NCBI GenBank assembly: GCA_964586965.1
Contig: CAZPJU010000001.1
Location: 1 to 40,176 of the forward strand
DNA: 40,176 nucleotides
From: an uncultured Lachnospiraceae bacterium
GTDB taxonomy: Bacteria > Bacillota > Clostridia > Oscillospirales > CAG-272
Reading direction: 5' to 3'
Of this stretch, positions 8,873-17,726 are shown one piece after another (position 1 is the stretch's first letter; each line of letters opens with the position of its first letter). The notes under the pieces are model-generated. The model was not told the DNA's origin and searched no databases. It saw nothing but the letters and a program-made list of their open reading frames with translations. The translations under genes and the position numbers were made by a program.

Positions 8873-9748
8873 ATGGCAAGAAAATTAAGAACAAGAAACC
8901 ATAAAGTTGTCCTCAACCGTTCGGTGGGAGGCGACCTCGGAATCACAGTATTCCTTACAATTATGGGCGTGTTTATGTTTCTTCCCATGCTCTATGTCAT
9001 CCTTCAGGCGCTCAAGCCGCTTGACGAGCTTTGGATGTTCCCGCCCCGCTTCTATGTTATCTCTCCTACGCTCAAGAACTTCACAGACCTCTTCTCTTTG
9101 ATGTCTGACTCTTGGGTTCCGTTCTCGAGATACATATTCAACACAGTTTTCATTTCGATCGTAGGTACATTCGGTAACCTTCTGTTCGCTTCGCTCGCAG
9201 CTTACTCGCTCGCAAAGTTGAAGTACCCCGGACGTGACTTCCTCTTTAACCTCGTTGTTAAATCGCTTATGTTTACGTCCACCGTTACCGGTATCGCAAC
9301 CTTTATCACGATGTCACTCCTCGGATGGGTTGATACTTACCTTGCGGTTATCGTCCCCGCGTTCGCAACAACGCTCGGTCTTTACCTTATGAAGCAGTTC
9401 ATGGAGACAAACGTATCCGATGCGGTTCTCGAAAGTGCACGTCTTGACGGTGCATCCGAGTTCTACGCATTTTGGGTAATCGCAATGCCGATGGTTAAGC
9501 CCGCTTGGCTTACGCTGATCATTTACTCTTTCCAGGGTCTCTGGAATTCGGGTTCTTCCATCTACATTTACTCCGAACAGCTTAAAACTCTTAACTATGC
9601 AATTTCGCAGATCACCGCCGGCGGTATCGCCCGTGCAGGTGCGGCTGCGGCTTCTACCGTCATCATGATGATGGTACCGATTATCGTTTTCGTTATTTCC
9701 CAGAGTAACATCATCGAAACGATGGGCTCGAGCGGAATGAAGGACTAA
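8873..9748 (+). CDS. Carbohydrate ABC transporter permease (MalG/LplC-like), pair 1
   Basis: It has an EAA loop (LESARLDGASEFYAFWVIAMPMVKP). The start lies 1 nt after the upstream stop. Confidence 0.9.
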   Translation: MARKLRTRNHKVVLNRSVGGDLGITVFLTIMGVFMFLPMLYVILQALKPLDELWMFPPRFYVISPTLKNFTDLFSLMSDSWVPFSRYIFNTVFISIVGTFGNLLFASLAAYSLAKLKYPGRDFLFNLVVKSLMFTSTVTGIATFITMSLLGWVDTYLAVIVPAFATTLGLYLMKQFMETNVSDAVLESARLDGASEFYAFWVIAMPMVKPAWLTLIIYSFQGLWNSGSSIYIYSEQLKTLNYAISQITAGGIARAGAAAASTVIMMMVPIIVFVISQSNIIETMGSSGMKD

Positions 9749-9763
9749 GGAGGAAAGCCCAAT

Positions 9764-11890
9764 ATGAAAAGAAAACTTTTTTCCTTGCTTCTGATTGTGA
9801 TAACGGCGGTTATGCTTGCTACAACGGCAAGCGCGGCAGCATATACGACTTACACCTATTCCTACGAAGGATTTGCGCTTAAATCTCCCGATGCGTATGT
9901 GCCGGACAGAATCGTAGATTCCGATTATATCGGTCTTACAGTTCCGATCGACGAACCGAGAGATCTTGAAGTCGATGACGAAGGCAATGTCTATATCGTA
10001 GACGCAAAGAATCAGCGTGTCATCGTAACAGACCGTTACTACAAGCTGAAGTTCGAAATCTCCTCCTTCCTTAATGAGCACGGCGTGTGGGACAGCTTCG
10101 CAGATCCCTCCGGCGTTGCTATTACGGAAGATTACATCTACGTCTGCGACACGAACAATAACCGTATCGTTATGTTCGACCGCGACGGCAACTATGTAAA
10201 GATCGTACCGAAACCCGTTTCTGCGTATTTCGTAGAAGGCTCTCTCTATAAGCCGGTAGCGGTCGCAGTAGATAAGTACGGCAGACTTTTCGTTGTTTCT
10301 TCAACAACCTATCAGGGTATCATCGTTATGGACGATGATGCGAATTTCTCCGGATTTATCGGCGCACAGAAGGTTTCTATCGGTGTTTGGGAAAGAATTT
10401 GGCGTGAAATTCAGACGGAAGAACAGAGAGAATCATCTGAAGAATATATTTCGTCCGAATTTAATAACATCACAATTGATGACGACGGATTTATCTATGT
10501 AACAACGTCCTCCATCGACGAAGATGTACAGCAGAGCGCGATCAATTCGCGTTCCACAGACGGTGACTATGCTCCCGTTAAAAAGCTTAACTCCACCGGT
10601 TATGACGTTATGGGTCGTAACGGCTTCTGGCCTCCGTCCGGTGAAGTAAAAGTCTCCAATTCGTCCACTTCTTCTATCTCCGGCGCGTCTAAGATCATTG
10701 ACGTTGCGGTAGGTCCGGAAGGAACATGGTCTATCATCGACGAAAAGAGAAGCAAAACATATACGTACGATAAATACGGTAACCTCCTCTTTATCTTCGG
10801 TGACACAGGCGAACAGCTTGGTAATATTTATAATATCGAAGCTATCTCTTACAGCGGCGACGATATCATCCTTCTTGATAAATCGAAGGACAGTTTTACC
10901 GTTTATAAGAGAACAGCATACGGCGATCTCCTTATAGAGGCGCTCAGCCATCAGAACAACAGAATTTATGACGTTGCAGTCGATGACTGGACATCTATCC
11001 TCCAGCGTAACAGTAACTTTGATACCGCTTATATCGGTATCGGTGATGCAATGTACCGCGAAGCTGATTACGAAACCTCTATGGAGTATTACAAGTACGC
11101 GTACAACACTGAAGGTTATTCCGATTCTTTCCGCGAAGTTCGTAAAGAATGGGTCGCTAAGTGGATTTGGACTATCCCGATAATAGTTGTCGTTATTTGC
11201 GTTGCTCTTTCCAAGTTCTTCAAGTACGCGGATAAGGTAAATAAGGCAACGGCACTTAAAGTCGGTAAGAAAAGCTTTAAGGAAGAACTCCTTTACGGCT
11301 TCCATCTTATCTTCCATCCGTTTGACGGATTCTGGGACCTCAAGCATGAGCAGAGAGGTTCGGTTCGTGCGGGTATCGTTTATATAATCGTAACGATCGT
11401 CGCATTCTTCTATCAGTCCGTAGGTACAGGCTATATCTTTAACCCCACCGGAAACTTTATGAACATTTTCGCGCAGATCGCGTCCGTTGCTGTTCCGCTT
11501 ATCCTTTGGGTAGTAGCTAACTGGTGCCTTACAACGCTGTTCGACGGCGAAGGATCCTTTAAGGATATCTTTATCGCAACTACGTACAGCTTGCTCCCTC
11601 TCCCGATGCTCGTAATCCCGTCCGTAATTTTCTCCAATATCCTTGCTGAAAACGAAGGACAGCTTATTACGCTTCTCGTAGGCATCGCATGGGCATGGGC
11701 AGGTATGCTTATATTCTTCGGAATGATGGTTACACATGACTATTCCCTTCTCAAAAATGTCACAACGACTCTCGGTACTATCGTGGCAATGGCGTTTATC
11801 ATCTTCGTCGCAGTCCTCTTTACGAGCCTTGTTGCAAGAATGGTAAGCTTCATATCAAGTATCATAGTCGAGTTGACATATCGTACATAA
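9764..11890 (+). CDS. Secreted NHL-repeat beta-propeller fused to a C-terminal Yip1-type polytopic membrane domain
   Basis: There is a signal peptide ending ASAAAY. NHL-like blades include YIVDAKNQRVIVTD, IYVCDTNNNRIVMFDRDG and LFVVSSTTYQGIIVMD. From about aa 466 there are five or more TM helices with Yip1-like spacing. Confidence 0.7.
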   Translation: MKRKLFSLLLIVITAVMLATTASAAAYTTYTYSYEGFALKSPDAYVPDRIVDSDYIGLTVPIDEPRDLEVDDEGNVYIVDAKNQRVIVTDRYYKLKFEISSFLNEHGVWDSFADPSGVAITEDYIYVCDTNNNRIVMFDRDGNYVKIVPKPVSAYFVEGSLYKPVAVAVDKYGRLFVVSSTTYQGIIVMDDDANFSGFIGAQKVSIGVWERIWREIQTEEQRESSEEYISSEFNNITIDDDGFIYVTTSSIDEDVQQSAINSRSTDGDYAPVKKLNSTGYDVMGRNGFWPPSGEVKVSNSSTSSISGASKIIDVAVGPEGTWSIIDEKRSKTYTYDKYGNLLFIFGDTGEQLGNIYNIEAISYSGDDIILLDKSKDSFTVYKRTAYGDLLIEALSHQNNRIYDVAVDDWTSILQRNSNFDTAYIGIGDAMYREADYETSMEYYKYAYNTEGYSDSFREVRKEWVAKWIWTIPIIVVVICVALSKFFKYADKVNKATALKVGKKSFKEELLYGFHLIFHPFDGFWDLKHEQRGSVRAGIVYIIVTIVAFFYQSVGTGYIFNPTGNFMNIFAQIASVAVPLILWVVANWCLTTLFDGEGSFKDIFIATTYSLLPLPMLVIPSVIFSNILAENEGQLITLLVGIAWAWAGMLIFFGMMVTHDYSLLKNVTTTLGTIVAMAFIIFVAVLFTSLVARMVSFISSIIVELTYRT

Positions 11891-11913
11891 ACGGTTAGGA
11901 GGAAAATAAAAAT

Positions 11914-14900
11914 ATGAGAAAATCTATTAGATTAATATCAGCGCTCTTGACCGTTCTTATGGTTGTTACTTCCGTAGGCATAGGTTCGTTGCTTACGGCA
12001 AGCGCTGCAACCCCGGCGTATGAATATCTTACGACGGGAATGGAATCGCAGCTTGCAAAGCTCGAAACGATGACTCTTATGAAGTCTCAGGACGGCTATA
12101 ACCTCTACTGCGATACCTATACCGGTGAAGTTGCGTTCCAGAAGATCGCAACCGGTCAGATTCTTTTCTCGAACCCCTATGATTCGGGTTCCTCTACCGC
12201 CGCTAACGCAGATACTATCAAGGCTAAGCTCCTTTCTCAGCTGTTTGTTGAGTATGAGGACAGCGACGGTACAGTAAAAGAAATGTATAGCTATACAGAA
12301 GCATCCGAAAGAGATCAGATCATCGTAAAAAATATCAAAAACGGTATCCGTGTTGAATATACGATGGGTCGTCAGGAAGCAAGACGTCTCGTACCGAGAA
12401 TGATCCAGAAGGAACGTCTTGAAACCCTTATTCTCGATAAGATCGATAACGAATATTCTCATGACAGACTTGCAAACTTCTACGTTTTGATGGACCCGAA
12501 CGACGAAACCAAGTCCGAGCGTGCAATCGCGGAGATGAAGGCTAAGTACCCTATCACAAACAGAATGGCAGTTTATGTTTATGACTCTAAGTCATCTGAC
12601 TATGAGCTTAACTGGTGTGAATCCGTTATCAAGGCTTACTGTCCCGACTATACTTACGAAACTCTCGATGAAGACCATGCGTTGACAGAGTATGAAGGCA
12701 GCGATTCCGCACCGCCGCTCTTCCGTCTCGCACTTGAGTACACGATCGATTCTGAAGGACTTACCGCTCGCCTTGCAGCAAACGGTATCCGTTATGATGA
12801 CACCGCATACTCTCTGCTCAGCGTAACAGTTCTTCCTTATATGGGCGCTATCAGCTCCGAAAACGAAGGTTATACCTTCATGCCCGACGGCGCAGGCGCT
12901 CTGTTCACCGCTTCCGATCTTGCAGGCATAACATGGAACCGTACCGGTCAGATGTACGGCCCCGACTATGCTTACCAGGAGATCACAGGTGAGCATCAGG
13001 AAGTTTTGACAGTTCCCGTTTGGGGCGCCGTTCAGACTCTTGATTATACCAAGACAATTACTCACGAAAATGTTGTTGAAGAAGGCTACACAACAACAGA
13101 TGAGGAAACAGGCGAAACGATTGAAGTTGATCCTGTTATCGAAACAACAACCGAAAAGGTTGACGTTCACGAAAATAAGGGATACGTTGCAATCATCACC
13201 GAAGGTGACTCTCTTGCAACCATCAAGTATGAAAACGGCGGTACGCTCCATAAGTACGCAGCTATCTACGCGTCCTTCTGCCCGCGTCCTTCCGATGAAT
13301 ACAACCTTTCCGAATCAATTTCGGCAGCTTCCAACACAACATGGCGTGTTGAATCCTCCAGAAAATACGTAGACAGCTACCGTATCAAGTACATTATGCT
13401 CGATGATGAGCAGATGGCGGAGGAAGCAAACCTTGAGGATTATTATGCACCTAATTACTTCGGTATGGCTAAGGCTTACCGTGAGTATCTTGAAGGTCAG
13501 GGTGTCCTCACAAGAATCACATCTTCCGACGTAACCGAAAACATCCCGCTTTATATCGAAGTTCTCGGTACAATGGAAACAACAGAAAAGATTCTTTCTA
13601 TTCCCGTAACAGTCGATACTCCGCTTACGACTTTCGAAAACATCCAGACGATGTATGAGGAGCTTGTTGCGGCAGGTATTGATAATGTTAACTTCAAACT
13701 CACAGGCTTTGCAAACGGCGGTCTCTCCAAGTCTACTGTTCCGTATAAGCTTAAGTGGGAAAAGGCGGTCGGCGGATCTGATGGATTTGAGGCACTCGTT
13801 GCTTACGCGGCAGACAAAAACCTCGGTATCTTCCCCGACTTCGACTTCTGCTACGCTGCTCATAATAAAGCATTTGATGGCTTTACTTACAGAAAGCACG
13901 CAGTTAAAACGATCGACGACCGTTACACATCAAAGCGTTATTATAACGCTATGACACAGTCGTATTCGAGAAACTTCGAAATCGCGATTTCCCCGTCTGT
14001 GTTTACACACTTCTATGAGAAGTTCAATGAGAACTATCAGAAGTATAATCCCACGGGAATCTCTGTTTCGACTCTCGGTACAGACCTTAACTCCGACTTC
14101 GACGAGGACGATCCTTACAACCGCGAGGACAGCAAACGCTTTACAATCGAACTTCTTGATCAGATTTCCAAGGACTATGATCAGGTAATGGTTGACGGCG
14201 GTAATGCTTATTCCTTCAAGTATATTGATCATATCGTCAATATGAACCTCAATTCCAGTGAATTCTTCAATGCTTCTTATTCCGTTCCGTTTACGGGACT
14301 CGTGCTTCATGGCTACGTTCAGGGCGCAGGTACTCCCGCTAACGAGGAAGGCGACATTGAAAACGCTATTTTGAAGTCCATCGAAACAGGTACTTACCTC
14401 TACTTCACACTTGCTTATCAGAATACTTCCGATCTTAAGGAAGATGAAAACCTCAACTCTTATTATTCGATCAGATACGATATCTGGTTTGACGATATGG
14501 TTGAATACTATACATACCTTAACGGTGTCCTCAAGGATCTCCAGACTCAGCTTATCGTTGGTCACGAGTTCCTCGCAGGCGAACGTGTACCGGATGCTGA
14601 CGAGCTTGAAGCAGACAGACTGAAGGCTGAAGAAGAAGCTGCTGCTAAGGAAGAAGCTGATCGAATCCAGCAGGAAAAGGACGAAGCTGCAGCAGCACTC
14701 GCCGCACGTAAGGAAGCGGAAGCTCTTGAAGCGGAAAAGCTTACAGCTCTTGAAGACTCCGCAAAACTTATAGATACGATCAATAAGCTCCTTGCAGAAG
14801 TTGATGCAAAGAAAGTTGCGTTTAAGGATCTCGTAGCAAGCATTCCCGAACTTGAAGCGGCTATTCCCGCTGCCGAAAAGGCTCTTGAAGATGCAAATGC

Positions 14901-15570
14901 AGCTCTTGAAACTGCTACTAAGGCTAACGATGATGCTCAGGCAGCTCTTAAAGCCGGCGATTCTTCCGATGAGGACGCTTATGCGGCTCTCAAGGAAGCG
15001 GCTTCCGAAGCAAAGTCTGCTCTTGAAGACGCAACAAAGGCTGTTGAAACTGCAACAAAGGACGTTGAAACAGCTGAAAAGGCTGTAACAACAGCTCTTG
15101 AATCCATCAGAACATATAAGACCGTTATGCATGAGCTTAAGGCTGAAATCGAAGAAACAGTCGCTCTCGCAGAGCGTAAGGTAGAGATCACCGAAGGCGC
15201 AATCGCAGAAATCGTTACGAATAAGGATAAGGTATCCGCAATCGCAGCTACCGCAATCGCTAATATCGAGCCCTTCTACGCTGATTATGACGCGGCAATC
15301 GCTCTTTATGAACTCACTCCCGTTGAGGATGAGACAAAGGACGATGAAACCGACGGCGATACTGATGCCGACCCCGATCATAAGCCCGGCGCCGATGTTG
15401 AACCCGAAGAAGCAGTTGTTTCCAAGTATGCGATAGATGACGGTTCTATCGTTCACGTAACTTATGAAAACGGTACACACTTCATCCTCAACTACAACCG
15501 TTTCTCGGTAACTGTTGAATATGAAGGCACAACCTATACTATCGAAGCATTCTCGGTAGTGAAATTTTAA
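11914..15570 (+). CDS. 1218-aa secreted protein, DUF5696-like (possible TIM-barrel glycan-active domain) with coiled-coil insertion
   Basis: There is an AGGAGG RBS and a signal peptide ending LTASAATP. The central region (IPLYIEVLGT...FKLTGFANGGL...LGIFPDFDFCYA) resembles DUF5696-type proteins as I recall them. Residues ~aa 893-1130 are A/E/K-rich heptads, followed by an acidic linker and a small beta-rich C-terminal domain. Confidence 0.55.
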   Translation: MRKSIRLISALLTVLMVVTSVGIGSLLTASAATPAYEYLTTGMESQLAKLETMTLMKSQDGYNLYCDTYTGEVAFQKIATGQILFSNPYDSGSSTAANADTIKAKLLSQLFVEYEDSDGTVKEMYSYTEASERDQIIVKNIKNGIRVEYTMGRQEARRLVPRMIQKERLETLILDKIDNEYSHDRLANFYVLMDPNDETKSERAIAEMKAKYPITNRMAVYVYDSKSSDYELNWCESVIKAYCPDYTYETLDEDHALTEYEGSDSAPPLFRLALEYTIDSEGLTARLAANGIRYDDTAYSLLSVTVLPYMGAISSENEGYTFMPDGAGALFTASDLAGITWNRTGQMYGPDYAYQEITGEHQEVLTVPVWGAVQTLDYTKTITHENVVEEGYTTTDEETGETIEVDPVIETTTEKVDVHENKGYVAIITEGDSLATIKYENGGTLHKYAAIYASFCPRPSDEYNLSESISAASNTTWRVESSRKYVDSYRIKYIMLDDEQMAEEANLEDYYAPNYFGMAKAYREYLEGQGVLTRITSSDVTENIPLYIEVLGTMETTEKILSIPVTVDTPLTTFENIQTMYEELVAAGIDNVNFKLTGFANGGLSKSTVPYKLKWEKAVGGSDGFEALVAYAADKNLGIFPDFDFCYAAHNKAFDGFTYRKHAVKTIDDRYTSKRYYNAMTQSYSRNFEIAISPSVFTHFYEKFNENYQKYNPTGISVSTLGTDLNSDFDEDDPYNREDSKRFTIELLDQISKDYDQVMVDGGNAYSFKYIDHIVNMNLNSSEFFNASYSVPFTGLVLHGYVQGAGTPANEEGDIENAILKSIETGTYLYFTLAYQNTSDLKEDENLNSYYSIRYDIWFDDMVEYYTYLNGVLKDLQTQLIVGHEFLAGERVPDADELEADRLKAEEEAAAKEEADRIQQEKDEAAAALAARKEAEALEAEKLTALEDSAKLIDTINKLLAEVDAKKVAFKDLVASIPELEAAIPAAEKALEDANAALETATKANDDAQAALKAGDSSDEDAYAALKEAASEAKSALEDATKAVETATKDVETAEKAVTTALESIRTYKTVMHELKAEIEETVALAERKVEITEGAIAEIVTNKDKVSAIAATAIANIEPFYADYDAAIALYELTPVEDETKDDETDGDTDADPDHKPGADVEPEEAVVSKYAIDDGSIVHVTYENGTHFILNYNRFSVTVEYEGTTYTIEAFSVVKF

Positions 15571-15585
15571 GAGAGGAGTTTGACA

Positions 15586-16569
15586 ATGAAAACTGAAACA
15601 AAAAAGACTAAGATCAAAGTCGAGTCGGCTCCCAAAAAGCGTAAAATAGTGTCTTTGGACAAGAAAAAGGCTCGCGCGGGTTATTGGTTCGTGCTTCCCT
15701 TTATTATCGGTTTGCTTGTAATTTACATCCCGATGATATATCAGTCCATTAACTACAGCTTCCATGAAATGAATTCCGTCAGAGGCGGCGGGTACGAACT
15801 TGTACCCGTCGGCTTCGACAACTACACCGAGGCGCTTCTCGTTGATACTTCATTCGTGCAGCAGCTTACTACGGGTATCAGACAGATCATCTTCGATATC
15901 CCCGCAATCGTAATCTTCTCGCTGTTTATGGCGATCCTCCTGAACCAGGATATGGCGGGACGCGGATTCTTCCGTGCTATCTTCTTTATCCCTGTTATCA
16001 TCAGTACAGGTCTTATGAGCGATATCGACTCTGCTAACATACTTCAGGAAAGTATGGGAAGTGCCGGTTCTCAGATTGATACAGGTACAGGACAGAGTAC
16101 CGTTTCGCAGATCGTAAATGTTATGGACGTTGAGCGACTTTTTGAAAACATGAAGGTCGGTTCCGGTCTCGTTGAGTACGTAGTCGGTCTCGTAAATGAT
16201 ATTTTCGATATCGTAAACCGTTCCGGTGTACAGATGCTTATCTTCCTTGCCGGTCTTCAGTCTATCTCACCTGCGATTTATGAGTCGTGTCAGATAGACG
16301 GTGCGACAGCATGGGAAACATTCTGGAAGATCACCTTCCCGATGATCAGCCCGATGATCCTTGTTAATGCGATATATACAGTTATTGACGCACTTACACG
16401 TTCGGATAATAACGTAATGTCGTATATCAGCACGGTATATAACGGCGCAAACGGTACAACGCTTGCTTCCGCAATGTCATGGATGTACTTCCTCTTGGTA
16501 ATGCTCCTGATCGCGGCAGTATCCGGCGTCATTTCAGCATACGTCTTCTATCAGAAGCGTGACGCATAA
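15586..16569 (+). CDS. Carbohydrate ABC transporter permease (MalF-like), pair 2
   Basis: It has an EAA loop (IYESCQIDGATAWETFWKITFPMISP). ATG at 15586 lies 7 nt after GAGAGGAG. The tracked TTG at 15580 is less likely. Confidence 0.9.
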   Translation: MKTETKKTKIKVESAPKKRKIVSLDKKKARAGYWFVLPFIIGLLVIYIPMIYQSINYSFHEMNSVRGGGYELVPVGFDNYTEALLVDTSFVQQLTTGIRQIIFDIPAIVIFSLFMAILLNQDMAGRGFFRAIFFIPVIISTGLMSDIDSANILQESMGSAGSQIDTGTGQSTVSQIVNVMDVERLFENMKVGSGLVEYVVGLVNDIFDIVNRSGVQMLIFLAGLQSISPAIYESCQIDGATAWETFWKITFPMISPMILVNAIYTVIDALTRSDNNVMSYISTVYNGANGTTLASAMSWMYFLLVMLLIAAVSGVISAYVFYQKRDA

Positions 16570-16583
16570 GGAGGTGCACATAA

Positions 16584-17645
16584 ATGGATGCTAATAACGT
16601 AAAAAGTGCTCCCGTAGTCACTAAGAATACCAAAAATAAAATTAAGGTAGACTATGAAGGAAAGGTTTCCCCTTGGGAGAGATTTAAGCTTAAAGTCTTC
16701 TCAATGTACTTCCTTAAAAATGTTGTAGTTTATATTTGCAGACTTATCCTGCTCATCGGTATTTCCTACATCATTATCTTCCCGTTTATCTCAAAACTCG
16801 CTTCGTCTATCATGTGCCGTGAGGACTTCGTTGACGCAACGGTTCTTCTGATTTCAAAGAATCCTACGCTCGACACATATAAGGCGATCATAGTCGATAA
16901 CGAATATTTCAAAGCAATGCTCAATACCGCGATTTTGTCGGGTTCGACAGCGCTGATACAGACATTCATTACCTGCTGTATCGCTTACGGTTTTGCGAAG
17001 TTTAACTTCAAGGGCAATAAAGTTTTGTTCCTTTTCGTAATCCTTACGATGATCGTTCCTCATTCAACACTCCGACTTGCAATGTTTATGAAGTTCCGTT
17101 ATTTTGATATCTTCGGAATATTTAATTTGCTCGGCGGTGGTCAGTTCGAGTGGCTTGAGATACTGCCCTTTACAGAGATCCAGCTTACAAATACATACTG
17201 GCCATTCATCATTCTCTCCCTTACGGGTCTTGCGTTTAAGAACGGACTTTACATCTTTATGCTTCGTCAGTTCTTCCGCGGCGTACCGGATGAGCTTGAA
17301 GAATCTGCGTACATCGACGGAGCGGGAACTTTCAGAACTTTCGTTCAGATCATTCTTCCGCTTTCCATCCCGATGCTCGTAACAGTATTTATGTTCGCTT
17401 TCTCATGGCAGTGGACTGATAACTACTATGTTAACGTATTCTTTACGACAACAGGACCGTACACGCTGCGCGACATCATCAAGGTTCCCTCATCTCTCGA
17501 TGTAGAGTACGCGGGACAGAATATGTATACCGCAGCTATCAGAAATACCGCAGGTATCTTGATTCTCCTTCCCCTTGTTCTTATTTACTCCTTTGCTCAG
17601 AAGTATCTTGTACAGGGTATCGAGCGTTCCGGTATCGTCGGCTAA
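16584..17645 (+). CDS. Carbohydrate ABC transporter permease (MalG-like, extended N-terminus), pair 2
   Basis: It has an EAA loop (LEESAYIDGAGTFRTFVQIILPLSIP) and an AAGGAGG RBS. Confidence 0.85.
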   Translation: MDANNVKSAPVVTKNTKNKIKVDYEGKVSPWERFKLKVFSMYFLKNVVVYICRLILLIGISYIIIFPFISKLASSIMCREDFVDATVLLISKNPTLDTYKAIIVDNEYFKAMLNTAILSGSTALIQTFITCCIAYGFAKFNFKGNKVLFLFVILTMIVPHSTLRLAMFMKFRYFDIFGIFNLLGGGQFEWLEILPFTEIQLTNTYWPFIILSLTGLAFKNGLYIFMLRQFFRGVPDELEESAYIDGAGTFRTFVQIILPLSIPMLVTVFMFAFSWQWTDNYYVNVFFTTTGPYTLRDIIKVPSSLDVEYAGQNMYTAAIRNTAGILILLPLVLIYSFAQKYLVQGIERSGIVG

Positions 17646-17671
17646 TCCGATAAAAACGATAAAACAAAAGA

Positions 17672-17705
17672 AAATCCCCGTTTGCATCAGCAAACGGGGA
17701 TTTTT
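17672..17705. terminator. Bidirectional intrinsic terminator (end of transporter operon / end of GH3 gene)
   Basis: The stem is AAATCCCCGTTTGC, loop ATCA, GCAAACGGGGATTT. It is flanked by A-rich sequence upstream and T-rich sequence downstream. Confidence 0.8.
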
Positions 17706-17726
17706 GCGATATTATGTGCTGTCGGA

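Noticed and set aside
13930-15765. A 611-aa minus-strand ORF, plus other long antisense ORFs: 10433-11737 (-), 4350-5402 (-), 2021-2587 (-), 33364-34449 (+) and 18501-19100 (+).
   Set aside because: Each lies fully inside a well-supported gene on the opposite strand. Their translations are low-complexity or Cys/Arg/Phe-rich with no motifs or RBS. The 611-aa ORF is explained by the GAA/GCT-rich coiled-coil coding repeat, which lacks stop codons in the antisense frame.
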